Assembly: GCA_036339735.1 (NCBI GenBank)
Contig: JAYZAL010000050.1
Location: 1 to 20,201 of the forward strand
Reading direction: 5' to 3'
Source: Candidatus Poribacteria bacterium
GTDB taxonomy: Bacteria > Poribacteria > WGA-4E > UBA9662
DNA length: 20,201 bases
Positions 17,720 through 20,201 of the stretch are shown in pieces. A program made the position numbers and the translations under genes. The notes beneath the pieces were generated by a model. The model was not told where the DNA came from. It saw nothing but the letters and a program-made list of their open reading frames with translations, and did not search any database. How positions within the stretch are numbered: the first letter of the stretch is position 1; the number at the start of each line of letters is the position of its first letter.

Positions 17720-18644
17720 AAGTACTGAAATCAAATCTGCTAATCCTTTCTCAGTCGTTGGTATTGGTATGACGACTGTCGATTATCTATTGATCGTGCC
17801 TGAACTTCCCTCTTTTGGCAAACAACTACAAGCTAGTGAGTTTCTTCGTCAGGGAGGGGGGCCGGTAGCAACAGCCCTAGTTGGACTTGCTAAACTAGGT
17901 ATTCCAGTAGCTTATATTGGTCGGGTTGGTAATGATTCTGAGGGACAGTTCATTCGTCAATCTTTCATTGAAGCTAAGGTTGATGTTAGTCATCTAGACA
18001 TGCAAGATAATGCCTGCTCTAGAATTGCTATGGTGTTAGTTGATCAACAGACGGGAGAACGCTGTTTCACCTCTAGACCTGGTAACTATGAAGAAATTAC
18101 CGAGGCAGAAATTGATTCGTCAGTCATTTCAAACACACAAATTTTGCACCTAGACAACGCTGAACCACACACGATCCAGGCCGCTCAAATAGCACAAAAT
18201 TCTGGAACCATGGTTGTTTTTGATGGTACATGGTATAGCGAATTACTAGATGTTTTTTTACCATTGGTTGACGTCGCAATAGTTTCTAATGTTTTTGTAA
18301 AACGATGGATGCCGAACGTATCCCCCGAAATTGCACTTGATCAACTAGCTAGCTACGGCACCAAAATCTGCGCTGTCACAATGGGTGAAGAAGGAGTCAT
18401 TGTCCAACAAAAAGGACAACAATTTCATTGGCCATCTTTTTCTATTGAAGTTGTTGACACCACCGGCGCGGGGGATGCTTTCCATGCTGGCTTCATTTAT
18501 GGACTTTTACAGGAATGGTCTTTAGAACGAATTGTTCAGTTTGCCTCGGCTGTGGCAGCTTTGAACTGTATGCATTTGGGTGGGCGAACAGGGTTACCTG
18601 ATCTTCCTACTGTTGAGCAATTTCTGAGTCAACGTAACTCATAG
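17697..18644 (+). CDS. PfkB-family carbohydrate kinase (resembles the YihV/sulfofructose-kinase-like subgroup)
   Basis: Motifs VVGIGMTTVD, GGGPVATALVGLAKLG, IGRVGND, VTMGEEG and DTTGAGDAFHAGF. Start moved from 17526 to ATG 17697, overlapping the upstream gene by 23 nt; the extra 57 codons lie in the shadow of PSD1. Confidence 0.9.
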   Translation: MKLSPSAKSTEIKSANPFSVVGIGMTTVDYLLIVPELPSFGKQLQASEFLRQGGGPVATALVGLAKLGIPVAYIGRVGNDSEGQFIRQSFIEAKVDVSHLDMQDNACSRIAMVLVDQQTGERCFTSRPGNYEEITEAEIDSSVISNTQILHLDNAEPHTIQAAQIAQNSGTMVVFDGTWYSELLDVFLPLVDVAIVSNVFVKRWMPNVSPEIALDQLASYGTKICAVTMGEEGVIVQQKGQQFHWPSFSIEVVDTTGAGDAFHAGFIYGLLQEWSLERIVQFASAVAALNCMHLGGRTGLPDLPTVEQFLSQRNS

Positions 18645-18676
18645 ATATAAAAACATATCTCATTAGTTTTAATAAG

Positions 18677-19076
18677 CTATCTCCACTAGAATATTGGGTT
18701 ATATTATCTCAGTTGATCAGAAAGGTTACGATTAGGGCCTAGGAGGCAAGTTGCCCCTTAGCGCCATCGAACTCTAATTTCATTGACCTCGAGATTTGAT
18801 GTACAGAGTTAATACTTAACAGTAGTCTTCGTACGATTCAATTTTTTCAATATCAAATGATAAGATTGATGATACGAACAATGTTCAATTGTCAATCATT
18901 AATTGAATTTGGTGTGTCGCCCTGCGTTTGCTTGATTACTATTTCTCTGTCTATGTCTTATTAGCTGAAACCGACACTTCATTTTTCACTCCTGTTCCCA
19001 ATCTATCCATAAATAGCCTCATCCCATTTCAACCCATACTGATATTTCAACTAACTAGTTATACCGGTGGAAATAG
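18677..19076 (+). ncRNA. Candidate structured non-coding element (four consecutive hairpins within long-range stems), family not recognised
   Basis: Hairpins at 18729-18769, 18770-18810, 18828-18878 and 18883-18908, closed by 18709-18717/18960-18968 and 18677-18687/19066-19076. Confidence 0.25.
18899..18982 (-). CDS. Possible 27-aa small basic peptide MKCRFQLIRHRQRNSNQANAGRHTKFN
   Basis: ATG at 18982 with AGGAG (18989-18993) 6 nt upstream; TAA at 18901-18899. No recognisable homology. Confidence 0.2.
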   Translation of the reverse strand: MKCRFQLIRHRQRNSNQANAGRHTKFN

Positions 19077-19211
19077 GTATTGTTTAATTCTATAGTTTTG
19101 CTGGTGCTTTGTTAGTAGTAATAGGTATCCTTGTAGAATATTGAGAGAAAAACGCTGGTTGTGGTCGAGAAAAATGAATTTTGAAATGTATAAAGCTGAG
19201 CAGGTGTATAA

Positions 19212-20201
19212 ATGATCCATCTCTATGACACAACTTTACGGGATGGGAGTCAAGGAGAAGGTGTAGTATTCTCCGTTGAAGATAAATTACTAATTATTAA
19301 AGCCTTAGACCAACTTGGTATTCACTATATCGAAGGAGGATATCCAGGTTCAAATCCTAAAGACGTCGACTTTTTTAAAAAAGCTCAAGAGCTAGAATTA
19401 AAAACATCAGAGATTGTACCGTTTGGTAGTACTTACTATCCTAAATATCAACCAGAAGATGATCCAAACCTTAAGGCTTTGCTCGATACGGGGTCTAAAA
19501 CCGTGACTATTTTCGGTAAAACCTGGAAGCTACATGCACTCGATGTGCTTCGTGTTAGCCCGGAACAAAATTTAGCCATCATCCGGGAATCAGTAGAGTT
19601 TTTGGTCAGTAATGGTCGTTCAGTCATATATGATGCCGAGCATTTTTTTGATGGATTTAACGATGATTCGGCTTACGCTCTAGATTCATTACAAGCTGCT
19701 GCCGATGGTGGCGCCAAGTGCCTCGTTTTATGTGACACCAATGGTGGCCGATTACCACTAGAGGTTCAGGACGGAGTTAAACAAGTAAAAGACAAAATTG
19801 ATCTGCCGGTTGGTATTCATGCTCATAACGATGCCGGTGTCGGTGTGGCGAACTCTGTATTAGCAGTACAGGCCGGTGTCACCCACGTTCAAGGAACGTT
19901 CAATGGTTTTGGTGAAAGATGCGGAAATGCTAATTTATCTGGGATCATTCCTACTCTGAAGCTTAAACTTGGTTTGGATTGTATTTCGGACAAACAGTTG
20001 CTATTACTAACACAAACATCTCGCTTGGTTAGTGAATTGGCGAACCTACCTCACGATGACCGACAGGCTTATGTGGGGCGATCTGCTTTCGCTCATAAGG
20101 GTGGGCTTCATACCGACGCGATTCGAAAGAACCGTCTGACTTATGAACATATTGATCCAGAAAAGGTCGGTAATGAACAACGAATTTTGGTTTCTGAACA
20201 A
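19212..20201 (+). CDS. cimA: Citramalate synthase (DRE-TIM, LeuA/CimA family), 3' end truncated by the window
   Basis: Hand translation MIHLYDTTLRDGSQGEGVVFSVEDK...IEGGYPGSNPKD...IFGKTWKLH...YDAEHFFDG...LCDTNGG...GIHAHND...GERCGNANL...AFAHKGGLH...GNEQRILVSEQ. These are the motifs of the bacterial CimA subgroup. Missing from the ORF track because it has no stop in the window. Confidence 0.92.
   Translation, partial: MIHLYDTTLRDGSQGEGVVFSVEDKLLIIKALDQLGIHYIEGGYPGSNPKDVDFFKKAQELELKTSEIVPFGSTYYPKYQPEDDPNLKALLDTGSKTVTIFGKTWKLHALDVLRVSPEQNLAIIRESVEFLVSNGRSVIYDAEHFFDGFNDDSAYALDSLQAAADGGAKCLVLCDTNGGRLPLEVQDGVKQVKDKIDLPVGIHAHNDAGVGVANSVLAVQAGVTHVQGTFNGFGERCGNANLSGIIPTLKLKLGLDCISDKQLLLLTQTSRLVSELANLPHDDRQAYVGRSAFAHKGGLHTDAIRKNRLTYEHIDPEKVGNEQRILVSEQ

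Noticed and set aside
18687..19143. 10-bp direct repeat TAGAATATTG (18687-18696 and 19134-19143) as a target-site duplication
   Set aside because: No terminal inverted repeats just inside the copies and no transposase remnant. AT-rich 10-mers recur by chance, and both may simply be -10-like elements.
1..20201. CRISPR array, tRNA, rRNA, tmRNA, RNase P RNA or transposase
   Set aside because: No regularly spaced repeats, T-loop/CCA signatures, RNase P P4 motifs or transposase motifs were seen.

Overview
Bacterial chromosomal window of roughly 40-45% GC (by eye) with 13 protein-coding genes, two of them truncated by the window edges. Left (minus strand): a truncated secreted protein, a non-catalytic FGE-sulfatase (SUMF1/CLec-fold) protein, an SMP-30/gluconolactonase, a thiolase and a tandem double FGE-sulfatase protein. 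Middle: a DUF1338 (HglS/YdcJ-family) protein, a UPF0173 metallo-beta-lactamase-fold hydrolase and a convergent calcineurin-like phosphoesterase. Next is a 1478-aa surface protein (Big/invasin Ig repeats, apparently inactivated C13/caspase-like domain, cohesin, dockerin, FlgD-Ig/T9SS-like tail). Right: a tightly coupled Gfo/Idh/MocA - PSD1/planctomycete cytochrome c (LamG) - PfkB operon, then the 5' part of citramalate synthase cimA. The protein styles suggest Candidatus Poribacteria or a similar marine lineage (inference). No transposase, reverse transcriptase, CRISPR array, tRNA or rRNA is recognisable. The least explained signals are the two long intergenic regions (about 12860-13546 and 18645-19211). 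Both contain nested, mostly plus-strand-favoured base-pairing that I cannot assign to a known RNA family. All structures were found by eye, not by folding software.
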